A stretch of 64,000 nucleotides of DNA, from contig NC_042997.1 of the NCBI RefSeq assembly GCF_006345805.1, positions 7,006,001 through 7,070,000 of the forward strand, in the 5' to 3' direction. Each line of letters starts with the position of its first letter. The stretch's first letter is position 1. The DNA is from Octopus sinensis (lineage: Eukaryota). Positions 1 to 15,849 of this stretch are shown here, piece by piece. A program made the translations under genes and the position numbers. The notes beneath the pieces were generated by a model, which was not told where the DNA came from, did not search any database, and saw only the letters and a list, made by a program, of their open reading frames with translations.

Positions 1-666
1 TCGTATCACTGTTGTTTTTTACTTGCTGTTTTATCAAGTGCATAATCATAAAATATTTAATGAAACGTATTTTAGAATGACTATTATTTTGGGATAAGTA
101 ATATATAAAGTTGCGTGGACTTTTAATATACATGCCTCATACATTTTCCTTTCATTTCACATTTACATAAGAATATTGTTTCACTTTATGTTTTGGAATA
201 TGATCAACCTTATCTGTATATGTGTGTGGTTTAAAAGACCATCAATTTATTTAGTAACTTACAGCAATTGTATTCTGCTTCTTTCGTGCGGCCCTTTCTT
301 CAGTTTCATAGAGTATTTTCTACTACATGTTTGGTAAGACTTAATATAAAAGAACACTTATTTAATCTGTCCGTGTTATTCTCTACGTTTTTAAGTGGCT
401 CTGCTCCAGCGAAGTGTTGTGTTTGTGTGTTTCTAATTTTGCTCCGCGGAGGAGATTTACCTGCTCACGGATATATCAGTATTTATCATGTTTTTTGCTA
501 TATTCTCCCTAAGTAGTAAATTGAGGCAGGTAATGCTACCTCGTAGTTTACTGTGTTTGCACTTCTTTGCTCTGGCATGTGGCATATATTGCTCCTCTTT
601 CTGTTGTTCAGCCAGAAATCTTGAGAGCCCCATACGTCATTTTACGACTGGAGAGCCTATAATAAT

Positions 667-733
667 ATAACACACACACACATATATACACACATACACA
701 TACACACATGTATATATATATATATATATATAT

Positions 734-792
<59 letters not shown>

Positions 793-800
793 ATATCATG

Positions 801-834
<34 letters not shown>

Positions 835-880
835 ATATATCATGTATATATATATATATATATATAAATATATGCATATT
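667..880. repeat. Compound (CA)n/(TA)n microsatellite
   Basis: Directly visible dinucleotide runs; they explain the YI/IY-type ORFs at 608-910. Confidence 0.97.
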
Positions 881-1992
881 TATATACATAGTTGTATAAT
901 GTGTATGCATGCATCCAAAACATGTGAATATTGAATGAAAGTGTTAGAAGCAATCACATCTATGATTGTTGACTTCGTAATTATATATAGGTTGAATATC
1001 GTATTCACTAAGACCTTAATATTAATTTACGACAAACGTACTCATACTAAAACCTATTGCTTAAATATTTACTCATATGTAAATACATCCAAGCGTAATT
1101 ATCTTACTTCCTCGTTAATACACATGCGTTAGTATGTATTTGAATTTCCAATAATCACCGTAACTATTCTGTGTTTTCACTTGTTAATTCACCTATAATT
1201 TAAAATATAATCTGTAAATTTGCCGGTAGTGCCACTTATATAATGTTTAGTGTTAAGAATGCCTTGTAAATTCAATAATGAACCCTGTACAGAATGTAGG
1301 AGATCATTAGAAAGAAAATATGATGAAATAAAGAAACTTGACATTCATATTTATCGGATTATATTGATCCGCTTCCTTGGCGGAGTGACTAAGCAGTTTG
1401 TATATTGAAAGCCGATGTTGTTTATTTCAGATTTTATATATACAATCCTGTAACGTTTATGGATTTATATAATACCAAAATTTAAGTTAGTCACTGACCT
1501 TTTATTTATTTAAAGAATAAATAATTTATAGACGTAGCCGTATGAATACATTAAAACGTTTTACTTATGCGTTGAGAACAAAAATATCAGCAATACTTAA
1601 TTTGTGTTTTTTGCTTTCTTTTTTCTTTCTATGTCTTCGTAAATGAGGGCAGATCTTCCACTATATTCCTGAAGTACTAATACAATTATACATCGTTTGG
1701 TATAGGAACAGAGATAATTGCTTAGGAAAAAAACAAAGAAAAATCACAGAATTCATCTGAAAATAAGACAATAATTAAGCTAGTGTTATTCTATTCTTTG
1801 ATCATTTTGTTTTTAACGCTAGTGACTTGCCGAGGAGGGAATGGAAATGTGTCAGTAATGCAAATGTTGAATGCTCATTATTGCTACTGACTCATTATTG
1901 CTTCGAAGGGTCACGTTGTGACATGTAGAAGCTTTTTTTCAATTCCTCTACAATATATTTGTTCCTTGCTGTAAATACGAAAGATTGTATCC

Positions 1993-2011
1993 TGCACACA
2001 CACACACACAC

Positions 2012-2086
<75 letters not shown>

Positions 2087-2103
2087 GTATGTATATATAT
2101 ATA
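1993..2103. repeat. Compound (CA)n/(TA)n microsatellite
   Basis: Directly visible. Confidence 0.97.
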
Positions 2104-2410
2104 CCTTCATCTACACCTTGCAATAACCACAACTGATTTTCACTCGATGATTTCAAATGCTGTCTAATTAATAATTTTGATTAACTTTTATTTTAATCTT
2201 CCAAGATACACATTAAGTAGAGCTGAAAGGGTCTTTTTGGAAATGAGTAGAATTTTACGTATAATAATTATGTTGGAAACCTTTGTTAGCTTTGTGAATG
2301 TTTTCGATTATACAAGATACACATTTGCACAGCTCATTTTTGACAGGTATTGTATTTCTAGAATATTAAAAGAATAGCACAAGTGGAAATTACTGAACGC
2401 TAGTGTAAAA

Positions 2411-2712
2411 CAGCTCTCAAAGTGGGTAGTATTGCTACCTTGGGCTGGTGACAAGTTCTAAGTGGCTGTTGAACAAAATTGAGGCGATGATGCGTTTATG
2501 ATTCATGTAAAAATTTGGGGCTATAATGGGAGAGGAATTCATATAAAAGTAAAATAATGAATTCATGAGGTTAAATTTTATTTGTGAAATGCAGTTGATT
2601 TGAATCTGCTTTAGAAAAAGTTCTATGTTGTGATGGTTAGTTGGGATGGTTAGTAGGAATGTCAGCCGGTTGTCAAGGGTGCGGTAGCCGGAAACATTTT
2701 TGGGAACCTCTG
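2411..2712. mobile_element. hAT-superfamily (Charlie/Buster-like) MITE, about 302 bp
   Basis: Perfect 8-bp TSD GTGTAAAA at 2403-2410 and 2713-2720. The right end reads CAGAGGTTCCCAAAA on the minus strand and the left end is a degenerate CAGCTCTCAAAGT. An 8-bp TSD with central TA and CAG..TTCYCAAA ends is typical of Charlie-type hATs. Confidence 0.75.
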
Positions 2713-4739
2713 GTGTAAAATATAACGTCAAGTAATACTAGAATTTCATTCTTGTTAAAGACTTACTGTATTGCCACAACGAAATATTTTTCTCGTTATT
2801 AGTGATAGAATGTCATGCGCATTATGTGCCATCGCCTAAAGGTAATGATTCAGCAATTAGTTTCATGTAGGATTTGTTTAATTGCTTCCAGTTTTATAGT
2901 CAGGGAATGAAAGAAATGAAAGAAGAACTTGAAAACCAGGCAGTGATTAGAAAATATCCTTTGTATTATCGCTTCCTGTCTTTTTATATAATCACTGCTT
3001 ACATTGTTTGAATTAATTACCATTCTGTTTGCTATTAGAAAATCTTACTCTTTTTTTCAAGGAGATAAATAATTTGTCATTCTAGTAAGATCATTAGAAC
3101 AAAGGAAAGCATGGAGTTCACAAAAAAAAACAAGTAAATAAAAATGTTTGGTTGTATATGATAAAATATTTTAGAAGCAATAATATCATTTTACAATTAG
3201 AGGAACTGGGAACTACAATTGTCGAAATGATACAATTAATTATTTCAATTTAATGACATAGCGCTCCCTGTCAGAAGTCTCTCTCACTCAGCATATAATA
3301 AAGATATAAAAATGCAAATTTCCTTTGTCGATAGCTGCTGTGTTAGATGAACGATTTCAGCAGCATATCTATTTTGCGCAAGTCGTTCTAAGGTAATTAT
3401 AGATTCGGTATGTGTGACTATGAATTTTATATCGAGCAGAAATAGAAATTATAGAAGAAAGATAATTTAAGAATTTTAATTTGTTTTGTAATATATGCAC
3501 TCTATATATTAAACAGTGACTTAATTCAAATACATGGTTATAAAGCAAAAGGAAAAAAAAATAATGCAATACTTGATGTTCTGATAATGAGACGTACTAC
3601 CATATAGCACTCTGTATATTTTCCAAATATCTGAGACGGCGCCATCGATCTTATATGCCCCCATATATACATAAATCATAAATTCTAAAGTTTCATATAT
3701 GTTTTTAACTACATGAGAGGTAGATGATTTTATTAACTTTGTACTTTTACGGAATGCTTCTTAATATCAATTTCAGTATTACTCAAAAGTATCAAACAGT
3801 ACAAAGTATATTAAAGATGGCTATCAACGTAAAATATCACACAGCAGAGTTTTTTTCCCACACCTAGGCAAATGTAGTCTACTGCCACAAACAAACATCT
3901 TAAACCGGTTTTCTAGAAGAAGCACTCGATTGATTGCCATGATCCTTGCAGCAACCTCATACACATTTATGTTCAACAGTTATATTCTACCTGTTGTATG
4001 ACTTTCAACTACTAATCAGTTTTAGTAACATATTTATGCTCGAAAACACTGTCTTCGGCTATTTCCGTAAACGATGAAAAATTTAATAAAGTTCATCGTC
4101 ATTTATCTGCTATTTGGAACATAAATTATGATTAAATTTTGATGGAACAATTAATTTAGATAGATTTAAAACAGGGAGTTTGTGTGATGGAATCAGGGAG
4201 ACTTTAGGTGGGTTGATATCGAAAGGTTCAATAGGGTCTACTATCTTGTGTTTGGCTTGCCATATGCCAACTTCAAGAAGGATATGATGAAAAATTTGTT
4301 TTACAACACCACTTTGGCTTATATATTCGACTCACCATATTAGTATTACGGATAGTCATATCTTCCTGCTCTTCGAGAGCACCCGTGGACAGGTATTATA
4401 TTCCGACACATGCTTTCCAAGTAGTCGCCGATTAACTAATGAGCATGCAATGAATTAATGTTAATGACACTTAGTGCAGCCAGAGGATGAGGAATGTGAA
4501 GAACATAGACATGTTTCGAGGTAAAAAAAAACCCCATTATTCTGTTAAACAATAAAGAAAAAATATACAATATTTTATTCTATTCGATGACACCACGGTC
4601 AGACACGAAGAGGTTTTCTTGTTCCAGAATATGTGATATTAATGATTCATATTACGGTTCGTTATCATTGAACACGTCACGTGAAACAGCGTATATACAA
4701 TGTTTATACTTTTGGAATATGTGCATCTATTGTGTTTCA

Positions 4740-4805
4740 ATGTGTGTATGTATACACACACAAATATATATATACATATATAGATATATATATATATATA
4801 AATGT

Positions 4806-4885
<80 letters not shown>

Positions 4886-4910
4886 TATGTATATACATAC
4901 ATACATATAC
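4740..4910. repeat. Compound (TA)n/(CA)n microsatellite
   Basis: Directly visible. Confidence 0.95.
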
Positions 4911-7900
4911 TGGTGTATAATTACCTTTTATGCCCTATTTTCTTCTTCAAATAAAAAGAGCGTATGTATGTTTTCTCGTAGACAATATCAAAGAATTATG
5001 TGTTTCATATTGAATTCTTTGCCTCTTTCTGCTTCTGTCACATTAATTTGATATTGTGTATTGTTACATTTCAAGTGAAAAGTGAAATATGTTTGAATAT
5101 ATAATGATAGGAAATATCTTCTTTTGACTACTATACTGTTATCAAATATAATTTCTAAAGTAAGATGAATACTGAATCATTTTGTATTGACAGTATAAAT
5201 ATGTCGTATCGACTGGTTAAGTGGCCTATATTACAAGAGGATGTTCTTTACATCCACTTTTATTGACCTCTCAATAAAAATACTAATGTGAAATTAATTC
5301 TATAAGTTATGTTGTTATTTCGTAATTAGTCAGACTGTAAAAGGTAGGATATCGTTTGATGAAACATCAAGAAGTAATTACCAAACGAAATTATCTTAAT
5401 ATACAGACACACTCACACATATATTTGCTTGTGAGTATGGTGTGTCTGTTTTCAAATATGCGTATAAGCGCGCTTGTAAGTGTGTTGTGTGTGTTTATAC
5501 ATATATATCTATATCATATATATATATGTATATTATATATATATGTATATATATATATATATATATAGATATATATATATATATATATAGATAGATAGAT
5601 AGAGAGAGAGGGAGAGAGAAAGAGAGGGAGAAAGAAAAAGAGGCGAATAATTTTAATTAATAAGGAAGGAAAAAGTAGTTTCCCCATTTCTGTAATCTTT
5701 CAATACTCGGAGAGTCATAGAGAAATGAAACAAATCTCACGTTAATACACAATCACGCAAATAAGTAAGCGTATTCATGTTTGAACTATTCTCTTAGAAT
5801 TCCTCTTTTAGAAAATTATAGATTTTATTCAAACTGACAATATAATTTCTAGCTGTGTTCTTCACGAGATAAATATTATCAGAAGCAATGCAAATAAAGT
5901 TTAAATATGTGAGAAAATAACTTATGACATTGGCTTATGTTAGGTATATTTGTAATATAATCTATCGGCAGAAAGTACATATACTATTGGAAGTTCTATT
6001 TCAAGAAAATATACAAGATCCTAAATGGAAAATCAGTTGTAATTTGAGATCATGTTTGTCTACTTTAACGAGTTGCACTGAATAGAAATTAATTAAATCC
6101 TGAGATTCAGTTGAACTCTCCTAAACTGTTGTTTGTAATGCAAGCATACAATCATAAATCTAGAATCGAGCGCTTTAGTCTATATTATGTACCTACTACT
6201 AGACTAGCAATATATTACCACTCTCAGATGGATGATATCAAATTGCTGCTCACAGGGTTTGAACACAGAACGTGAAGACCTTGAAGAAATAGAACACAAC
6301 AGTTTCTTTCACGCTGTAATTGTGATGTTACTCTAATGATTGTGAATGTATACCAATTAAAAGTTATATTGCTTGTTGAACTGGAGCGGTGACGATTGAA
6401 AATCTAAACACACTGTTAGAGTTATCACGCCTGTAAAATTGTTTTCCATCAATCTGGGCTATATAAATATGGATAAAATAGCAAATGACTACAGTTTTTC
6501 TATAAGTTGTATGATTCTGTGCTAATGAATTTAAGCGCACACGGTAAGCTTCGCTTCTCTTCATTAAGTAAAGATTTGTTGCAACAAAGCCCCTGTTCTG
6601 TACCACTTAAAATGTTTGCGCAAATCTTTTGAATTACTTATGGTACAGTAGTAGTAATGGAGAATAATTTCGATAATGTGGTTTCAGATATGATAAGCCT
6701 GAAGAATGACGTGTTTGGACGACATGTAAAATAATGATCAACAACATAGGATATATTAGTACCTATATAATTTCTTTGTAATAAATAAATAAATATGTGT
6801 GGTAGAAATATTTCATAAAGAAATAAAAGAAAATATTAAAAGAAAATTTTAAAAATTAAAATATTTCCAAAGAATAAAAGAAAATTAAAGAAACATAAAA
6901 ATAAATGTTTTGCTATTGAAACTTGAAATGCTTCGAGATAATTACGTCCAGAACGAACAGCTGATTTTCTATACTTGCAGTAATCAGGGATAATAGGCTT
7001 GTGTGTGCGTATGTATGAGTATATACATCCATAATTTTAAACATGCACACTCGAAGACACGCACGCACTGACACAGATATTTATACGTTGTATTGTAGTA
7101 ACAGAACACATATGAAGGTGTCTGGAGCATAGTATGGCTGAACTTGGAATCTAGTGGGGAGGATGCAAATCATTAATTCATATGCTAAAAATTAACACGA
7201 TATTTGGGATTATTTCAAGCTATGTTATATTAAAACATGCCTTGGTGCTCTGTGGACTGAGTTCCCCGTAGACAGGATCCTGCTACTTAATGAAATGTTA
7301 ACGCGGCATGTATATTAGTAGCTCCATTTGGTTGTAGCTATTGTAATTGTTCAGTATATAAACAATTTGGCTACTAGTTTCTATGTGATTTGTCAAAGTG
7401 TTATCGAGAATGACTTCCAAAGTTCGATTAGCTATGCCATTGTAATATTGGCCTGACTCCTTCCTCTACCTATAATTGCTCTTTCCGAGTGTTATGTGAA
7501 ATGATCTTCAAGCCCTTAAAGTTATCAAGACCTTATCACATACACCGCAGTAACGGCTCACTCCAACATTCGCACAATTTCCCCTTCTTTGTAATGACTT
7601 TGTAAGTGCTGCTTCAATAACCCACATAACTTGTACAGTTTTAGGACAGACATTCTCTTGAACTTGTAATTCAGAACGATATTTCAATACTTCACGCGTA
7701 GCTTACGTACATGGTTACTCATACCAATGTGAGAGATACATGCTTAAGAGAATTAACAAATACCTTGTGTTCTCAAGTGCACTATAAATAGCATTTTAAT
7801 GATTTCATATTCCGACTATAACAGACGTCATTTGTAAGGCAATATGGACCAAAGGGATGTGGGTTCCTCATTCATATAAGTTAACAGGTCTAAAAACACT

Positions 7901-9039
7901 TCATAATACCCGTATAGAAAGATTCATAATACCTGTATAGAAAGATATCTTAATGAACGAAATACGTGAAACTGATACTATTTAAAGTTCATGGTCATCA
8001 CTAATTTTAGATTTAATTTTACGGTAAAAGAAGAAATCCACCTCACGATCTTAGGGCTTGTATCTCTGCTCTGGTATCCCATTAGAAAATATATGACTTT
8101 GTGTGAGTACGTGAGACTGCGAGTGTGTGCATGTGCATGCGTGTGCGTGCATATGTGTGTATGTGCGTGTTATATCTAGAAATAATACTTTTTTCTAACA
8201 AACTACTATGTGACAACTTCTGATAAACTACTAAATCCTGTTGAAAATATTTAAGTTAGTTGATTTGTGAGAGCTGTATAGCTTTCAGCGGAGATGTTTG
8301 GGTACCGACGAACGGAAACTAATGTATTTATATAAGAAAGAGAATAATCTACATGTATCTGTGAGACGGTCAAAAGTTAAAATGTATACGGATGTGTATT
8401 TCAGAATCGAATCGTATTTCACTCATATTTGAGTGATATGGAAAGCCCTTTACAATGTAGAATTAATGGAATGTCAAATACTTCGCAGACAAAATGTATT
8501 AGAAACAGATTATATGAAATAAGTATCATTAGAGAAATAGTGATTTGTACGCAAAATAGATTCTATACAATCACCATTTGAGGGCTGCATACTTGCCGAG
8601 AAATTTGAATTAATGTGTATCTTAAGAATTTTGATAAATTAATATCTCATATTGGATTCAAAACTTTTAACAAATCGTAACACTTCATCTAAATATGTTT
8701 TATCCTGATATTGTTAATAAGAGTTGAAATCTCACGTACATTACGATGAGAACATTACTGAATAGAGTATATTCATTTCTCCTTTCAAAATGTTCATATC
8801 TATTCATTAGTAAATACTAATGTATTGTGAATTATACTTCATAATAGAAAAGAAAATCTGACGGTGATTACAATAACCATACTGGCAGAACTAAACACAC
8901 ACACATACATATACATACTTACGTACATATACATACATACACGTACGCGCACACATAAGTATGTGTATATGTATATATATATATATATATATATACATAC
9001 ATGCATGTGCTCTTTACTCTCTCTCTCTCTGTCACTCTC

Positions 9040-9236
9040 TTTACTCTTTTACTTGTTTCAGTCAGTTGACTGCGGCCATGCTGGAGCACCGTCTATAGTC
9101 GAGGAAATCGACCCCAGAGTTATTCTTTGAAAACATAGTACTTATTCTATCGGTCTCTTTTTGTCGAACCGCTAAGTTACGGGGACGTATACACACCAGC
9201 ATCGGTGGTTAAGCGAGTTTGGGGTACAAACAGACA

Positions 9237-9240
<4 letters not shown>
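9040..9240 (-). mobile_element. Octopus-type SINE (family ending ...CCAGCATGGCCGCAGTCA..TGACTGAAACAAGTAAAAAGAG)
   Basis: Clearly homologous to the copies at 21530-21745 (+) and 43270-43500 (-); short tandem tail; abuts a (CA)n tract. Confidence 0.85.
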
Positions 9241-9312
<72 letters not shown>

Positions 9313-10324
9313 TATATAGGACGGGCTATATATAAGAAGGAACTTTCTTATGTTCTTTTCTTATTTTGGCACGTTTACCTATTAATCCCTTATCTCTTAT
9401 AAGGTGATTTTCTTAAAGAGAGATATAAACTTCCTAGTTACTTAAGTCTATGAGATTTGATTATAACATACCCAAAATAAAGTAAAAATATTTGTGTATA
9501 TTTCTATGTGTGCTCAGAGTTAAATATCAGTATATATCAGTGGACAGCTTATTTTTTCCGATTTTTTCTGATTCTTAGCATATAATTAATATAAACATAG
9601 TTTGATTTATTGCCCGAGTATTCCATAAGGAAATGGCCAGAGCAATCTTTATAGAAACCACGTAATAAGTAAATAATTATCCAAAGTACCTCTTGATAAT
9701 TTCCTCTGGATTAACATCATAGGTTTTATTACTGTCTTGCCCCTCTGACTGGTAATTAACATCTTGATTTAGAGGTCTTCCCCTACCCAGCGTCCTTTAT
9801 AGAAAGTTATATATACAAATTTTAAAAGCCGGACAATATTTATGACGATACACAACTTCAAACATTCAACTCACTCTTATCTAAATGACACTGTCTTCGA
9901 GCTTTAGATTTGGTGGTTAATAAACAAAAGACTAATAAAGTAAATATGAACCACAATCCTTTACTAGTTGTAACCCTATCAAATTTCATATAGCTCTTAG
10001 TAATGTAGTATAGTCTTAGCTACATTAGTAGCAACATACACTTTTTCACTCTTCTTGCTCTGTTAGAGAAATCGAGTAAAATTATATTAATGTGTCCAAC
10101 TGATTGCAAATTATATTTCTTTATGCAGCTGAGGAAAGCCTGCATTTAAATTGGAGTAATGATTGCATTATTCAATTGCATATAACCGCTTGAAACGGTC
10201 GTACTGCATGACCGCATGATATCGTGTTACTTATTTTGATTATATTTACATTACTTTGAGTTGTATGGATAATACCGCACTGACTTGGTGCTTCAACTTA
10301 AGTAACTAATTCAGCTAAATTTCA

Positions 10325-10445
10325 ATATTTTATATATATATATATATTATATATATATATATACATGTTTGTGCGTGTGTATAAACATATATGTGTGTCT
10401 GTGTGTGTGTGTGTGTGCATATAAACATATGTATATGTGTACATA

Positions 10446-10487
<42 letters not shown>

Positions 10488-10560
10488 TACATATGTATAT
10501 GTGTGTGCGTGTATATACATACATATATAAATGTGTGTGTGTTTACGTATATACACATAC
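10325..10560. repeat. Compound (TA)n/(TG)n microsatellite
   Basis: Directly visible. Confidence 0.95.
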
Positions 10561-13500
10561 AAATAGAAAATTAAGTTAAGCACATAGATTATTAGTTTCT
10601 ACGCACCTTGTACTATTGTGGCTATTCCGTAAGTGAAGGCAATGTAGTGATACCCTGATGATTCATTGCTGTTAGATATCCAATGCACTTTGCATATCCA
10701 ATACTGAGTTCTATATAACAACACTAGTTATAACATATATACCACTAATTTTCCGTTATATAAGCTCTGTGTATCAGAACTAGTAATACCACCAAGAACA
10801 GTTGTAGGCTTCCCACTTGACAGGCACCTAGTGGTTTAACGATACTCTAAGTGGAGCATTAACTCATACAGACGTAGTAGTAGATTTTACTCTACGCACG
10901 AAATATCTAAATAAACACAAACGCACATATCCACACACATACGAACACACCCGAAAACACACAGTCAAAGGAACACACACATATATAGTAATGTTTCCTG
11001 TCGTATCATTTCCCACATGAACATGATAATCACATAACAAAATTCAAAGAAACTTAGTTGCATACAAGTTTTCATATCATTTGTATATTAGTATTCAGAA
11101 TCAGTCAATTTCACTCTCAAATTTAACACCCAATATTCATAAAGGTGAATAATTCGAATACGACATAACTCAATTCTTTTTGTCTATCATTGTATAGAAA
11201 GGGATGGAAGACCTGGTTGACCTATAAAATAATTAAAATTCAAAGAACTTACACTTAAAATTGAAAACTGTTTTGGAAATGCTCCAGTTTGTAGAGGTTC
11301 TCCCCAACAGTAGATCTATTTTTATTAAAGCAATATTGATTACCTAGGTGGGAAAATAACATTTCTAATATAAACTCTACTGAGTTGCACTTATAAATAT
11401 GCGCCACATAACGCTCAAAGGCCTTTGAAGCCTCAACATCGACTAATGAGGAAGTTCACTGGGGTAGAATTATATATCATATACCTTTTATTATAGGTTT
11501 TACTGTCCTTACTCTCTTTGGCTATTACACAACAATTTCTGCAATTACGTTTATAAAGCATCTGATTAACGGATATGCATACACACAAATACATACATAC
11601 ACGTGCGCACAAGCACACACGCACACTCATACACGCAAACATATAAGTTTGTTTGTATGTTATTTCCATGTATGTAGCAATAAAACACGTTTTTAGAAAT
11701 TTGCCGTTTTATAAATCTGTTTACAAGAATGATGCTTTTAGTTAAGCTATACAACTAAGGAATTATTTAAAAAATTCAAGTCTATAAATATACTATCTGT
11801 AGTAATGATGAATTTTAAGAGCGCAGTTAATTCATTAAAGGGAATAAAATGTTGCTAGACACACATGATATATTACCAAGAATGATTTTAAAATTTGATG
11901 TACCTTATATATAAATGACACTGAGAATTACATGTATTCTGCTATGATTTATAATGAAGGGTAACATTTGATATCATAGAATATGAAGTCGATTATATTA
12001 ATAACGTTTCAGAAACCGCTGCAAACAAAGAATTTGTAAATATGTGAATAGAAATATTCATATTACATTCACATATGTAAATAGCTATTACTGAATTTCC
12101 TTTTCTGCTAACCAATTGGACGGCGCATAATGCATGTTCCATAAAAAATATGCATAGACACAAGTTCAATAGAATTTAATTTGGAAACCACCCACAAAAA
12201 AGTATATTACGTACGTACTTATGAATTATGAATTCCACCGTCTGCCTGTCTGTCTCTCAGTGTTTATATATTTATATATCAATGTGTGTATATATGTGTG
12301 TGAGTTCATATGTAAGTGCGATTTTGGTTGTTTCTGAGTAGGCTGATTTGAGTAGCTGTGTTTTGCAACATTCAAAAATTTTGCAGTCAAATTCCTATTC
12401 GTGGGTTCCTTCTAAATGAGGTTCGTTAAAAGTTATTACAGAATGTTGCTTGAGGTATATAATCCAGTTTCATATGTCTACCAAAATTTAGAGTCACTTC
12501 AAAGAGAATCTACTTCTTGAAAGAATGGAAACAAAACACTGAATTAGAGCCAAAGGAATTGAGTATCATTATGCAATTTTTCATGTCTACTTATTGAATA
12601 CAATATTAACTTTCTTAGTACTCGAAGTAGACATTTGTTTTACTTTCCTCCAGGCCTATCATAACCGGGAACGGCAGTGATCAAGAACTTGAATCCATTT
12701 TTTGATAAGACACTGTGTTTTTTATTTCATACATTATATTATCAAGATTTGTTTAGCATGTCCACATGATAGATTTAAAACATATGCTTTGGATTGTTTC
12801 AACAAAAGACAACCACTAGATGCAGGAGAATACAAAATATATATATTATTTATATCCTAAATTGAAATTGAACCTCTGTAAAAAAGACACATACAAATAG
12901 AGGTAATTGTCTGGCCGTACAAGGAAACACAACTTACTTAATCAAATAATCAATAACTCTAATGAGGGAATATATCCTTTCAGATGAAATGTGACGATTC
13001 AGATTATTTCATTTTGACATTCATTGAATATAGTAGTAGCTATCATCTTTCCTATTTCAAAAATAATGGTTCAAAACCCTTATAATACTACTATATAAGA
13101 AACTGTACTATAAATGTATAATATATAAGTGCAGTAACTGCACAAGGTATTTTTGAATTAAAAATAAAACCAGAAGTCTTCTGTACACCGTAACTACTAT
13201 TGAAACAAAAACGTATCTTATAGTATATCAATGATTGCTTTGCATAATTGCTCCGTAGATATATTTAGGAAATATGATATCTATAAACAACTGCAAAATA
13301 TAGAATATTCTTAAAAAAATACTAAAAGTGTTGTGCTATATATATATATATCTCATAAGCTATGCAATACAGTTGTTCTAATATTGGTTGCTGTAAGTTT
13401 GCAAACACTGACTTTGACATCATCGATTGGAAGGTTGTGATCACAGTCACCGCTAACTATACCTATAAAAACAATAGTGTGTGACGTATACATTTATATG

Positions 13501-15129
13501 ATATGTTTCAATCGAGAGATGGCGTATCGGAGGTCATCGATGTGGAGAATGACATGAAACTAAATTCGGTTATAGACTCAACCGGTCACACATTCATAGA
13601 AACACAAGAATACACACCGCACCAACATTTGAATCAATCAGACTTACTCGTGTATTCTTAGAGATAAAGCTTCTTTTGTTTTTGCACAATGTATTCATTT
13701 GTACGAAACTCTCTTTTCTACATAATAATTTTACATTTGAAATGCGAAATTTCGAACAATTTGGAATAATTCCAAACAACTAACAAATCGTAGGCAAATA
13801 AAATCAGCAACGCTTCAAAGTACTAAATGAATGACTAGATTGAACTACAAACGGCCAACACAAAGATTTATTTTTGGGTTGCATCAGATGAACTGACCAT
13901 AGGTTCACTGGCAAAATATATAATTTCAATGAAGTCGGTATAACGATGCACAGTATCTATTTTATGAAGATGTCTATTGCACACAATTGCAATCACATAG
14001 TAGATTGTTGCTTATAAGGCAGGCAATGGAATAATGTTTTGAAAAATATTTTAAATGTGTATTCAAATATATCACGAAACGCATAACTACGTTTTGTTGA
14101 TAAAGTGTGCGATGCAGTGAATAAAGCTACATATATAGCAGAGTTATGGTCGCAAGAAGAGAATGGAAAAAGCAAAGATAGTTAAAGTGGAAATGCAAGT
14201 GTTAACGTCGTTTACTTGTGAAAACAGAAATCGAAATTTATATATATATATGAATTTTTTTGTGTGCTTATCGTTATTTTTATGTATGTGTGTATGTATG
14301 TATGCATGTATGTATATAAATATATTATATATATTATATATGTAAGTATATATATATATGCAAAAGTATATATATGTATATATATACGTATATATACATA
14401 GAAGTATACATATATAAGTATATATATGATTATATGTGTGTGTGTGTGTGTGTGTGTATATGTATTTATAAATACTCTTTTTCGTGGTTTGGGTTTTAAC
14501 AGGCCCATTTAGATTTTAAGGTGTCCTGCCAATTGTCTCCGGTTTCTATATAAAACTATTTTAAACAATCTTATATTTTTGAAATTTTGTTATGGCTTAT
14601 GACATTTAGTTATGCATGCTAACCACTGGCAATAAATTATTTCACTTTATTAACCACATATTTGTGATATAAGTATCTATCTATCTATCTACCTATACAT
14701 ATATAGAAAGATAAACTTACTTGGAAATTGATGCGTGGTGTTCAATCGCATAATAATATAAATAATATATATATATGTATATGTATATATGCATGTATGG
14801 GTACAGGACGTCATAAAACGTAAACAACAGGAAATAAGAAACACGGAAACATGGAATACAAACTTTTTTTCCAAACAATAGAAATAAACAAAAAAACAAG
14901 GCAAGTATAGGAGAAAGAGGAAGAAAAAGACACAATATGTGAATGATAATACCCTATCCCACGTCTACTCGATTCCCACCCAGACCCACTCTACTCCAAC
15001 CTTCCCTTGCAGGCATCTGCCCTCATTCTACCCCAACTGAGACCGATACATTAAATATAATTACATAAGAGCCCAAACTCCCAAACTCAAATCATCTGAA
15101 AATAAATAGAAAAAATATTATCGTTTACG

Positions 15130-15580
15130 ATTTGTCAAAATACGAGCTACTGAAGGAGTTAAATAGGTGGGAGAATATTATATGGGTAAACACTGCACAA
15201 TGTAGTAGGTTGCCCTTGCTCTATAATTGCGTTTTAACGGACCCCAAGTACATACCAAGACTGAGAGGATTCGGGGACGATGCTCATTACTGGGAAATTG
15301 CAATTGACACTAGGAGATTGCCAAAGTCAGGAAGTTACTTGGAACTTATTAACAATTTTCAAATAGACATTTTATGTGTTAAAAGATTTTAAAAGTAATC
15401 TATCGTTATAACGACGATAAATGAGTTCGTACGGATGTGGGATCGTGTGGCTTAATTTCAGTTTTCATTTTCATTATTTAATTCATAATTTTTCATTGTT
15501 TTTTTTTGCCCCTGTATTGTGTTTTGTTTGTCCTTGTACTGTCCTCTCTAAGTTTAGCCCTCTAGTGGGCAATTAAGAAT
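15130..15580 (+). mobile_element. Probable decayed 3' end (ORF2 C-terminus and 3' UTR) of an L1/Tx1-like LINE
   Basis: Broken frame ending ...INEFVRMWDRVA*, followed by a T-rich 3' UTR ending in an AATTAAGAA-like signal. Resemblance to L1/Tx1 C-termini is by recognition only. Confidence 0.35.
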
Positions 15581-15849
15581 TCAGACTGACAACTAGATTT
15601 AAGGCAATTCATTGCTTTGTTCTAGAGGTTAGTTAATATGTTTTATCCAGTTGAATTTTTATTAATTGTTGTGTCTTAAAACAGATATTTTGCTGCCTTA
15701 CGGCAGTTTTGTTGGTGCTTTCTTCTATGTTTGAAGTGGGTAGCACAGTTGTGAAATGGAATATGAAAACCTGAGTTCATCGGAATGCACATCTTCAGAA
15801 TCAGGATTTCTAAGAGCAATTTCTGTGCTGGACAGAAATGAGTAAAATA

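Noticed and set aside
4495-4530. GAAACATGTC half-motif on the minus strand
   Set aside because: No matching core or stem II partner.
11249-11365. Possible minus-strand host exon (TTTTCCCACCTAG acceptor to GTAAGT donor, one open frame)
   Set aside because: No recognisable protein similarity or partner exon; such sites arise by chance in 64 kb. RNA-seq would decide.
12640-12710. Strong-looking plus-strand acceptor TTTACTTTCCTCCAG
   Set aside because: All frames stop within about 55 nt and there is no supporting homology.
13503-13661. Short protein-like ORF MFQSRDGVSEVIDVENDMK... (about 52 aa)
   Set aside because: Short, no recognisable motif and no convincing splice sites.
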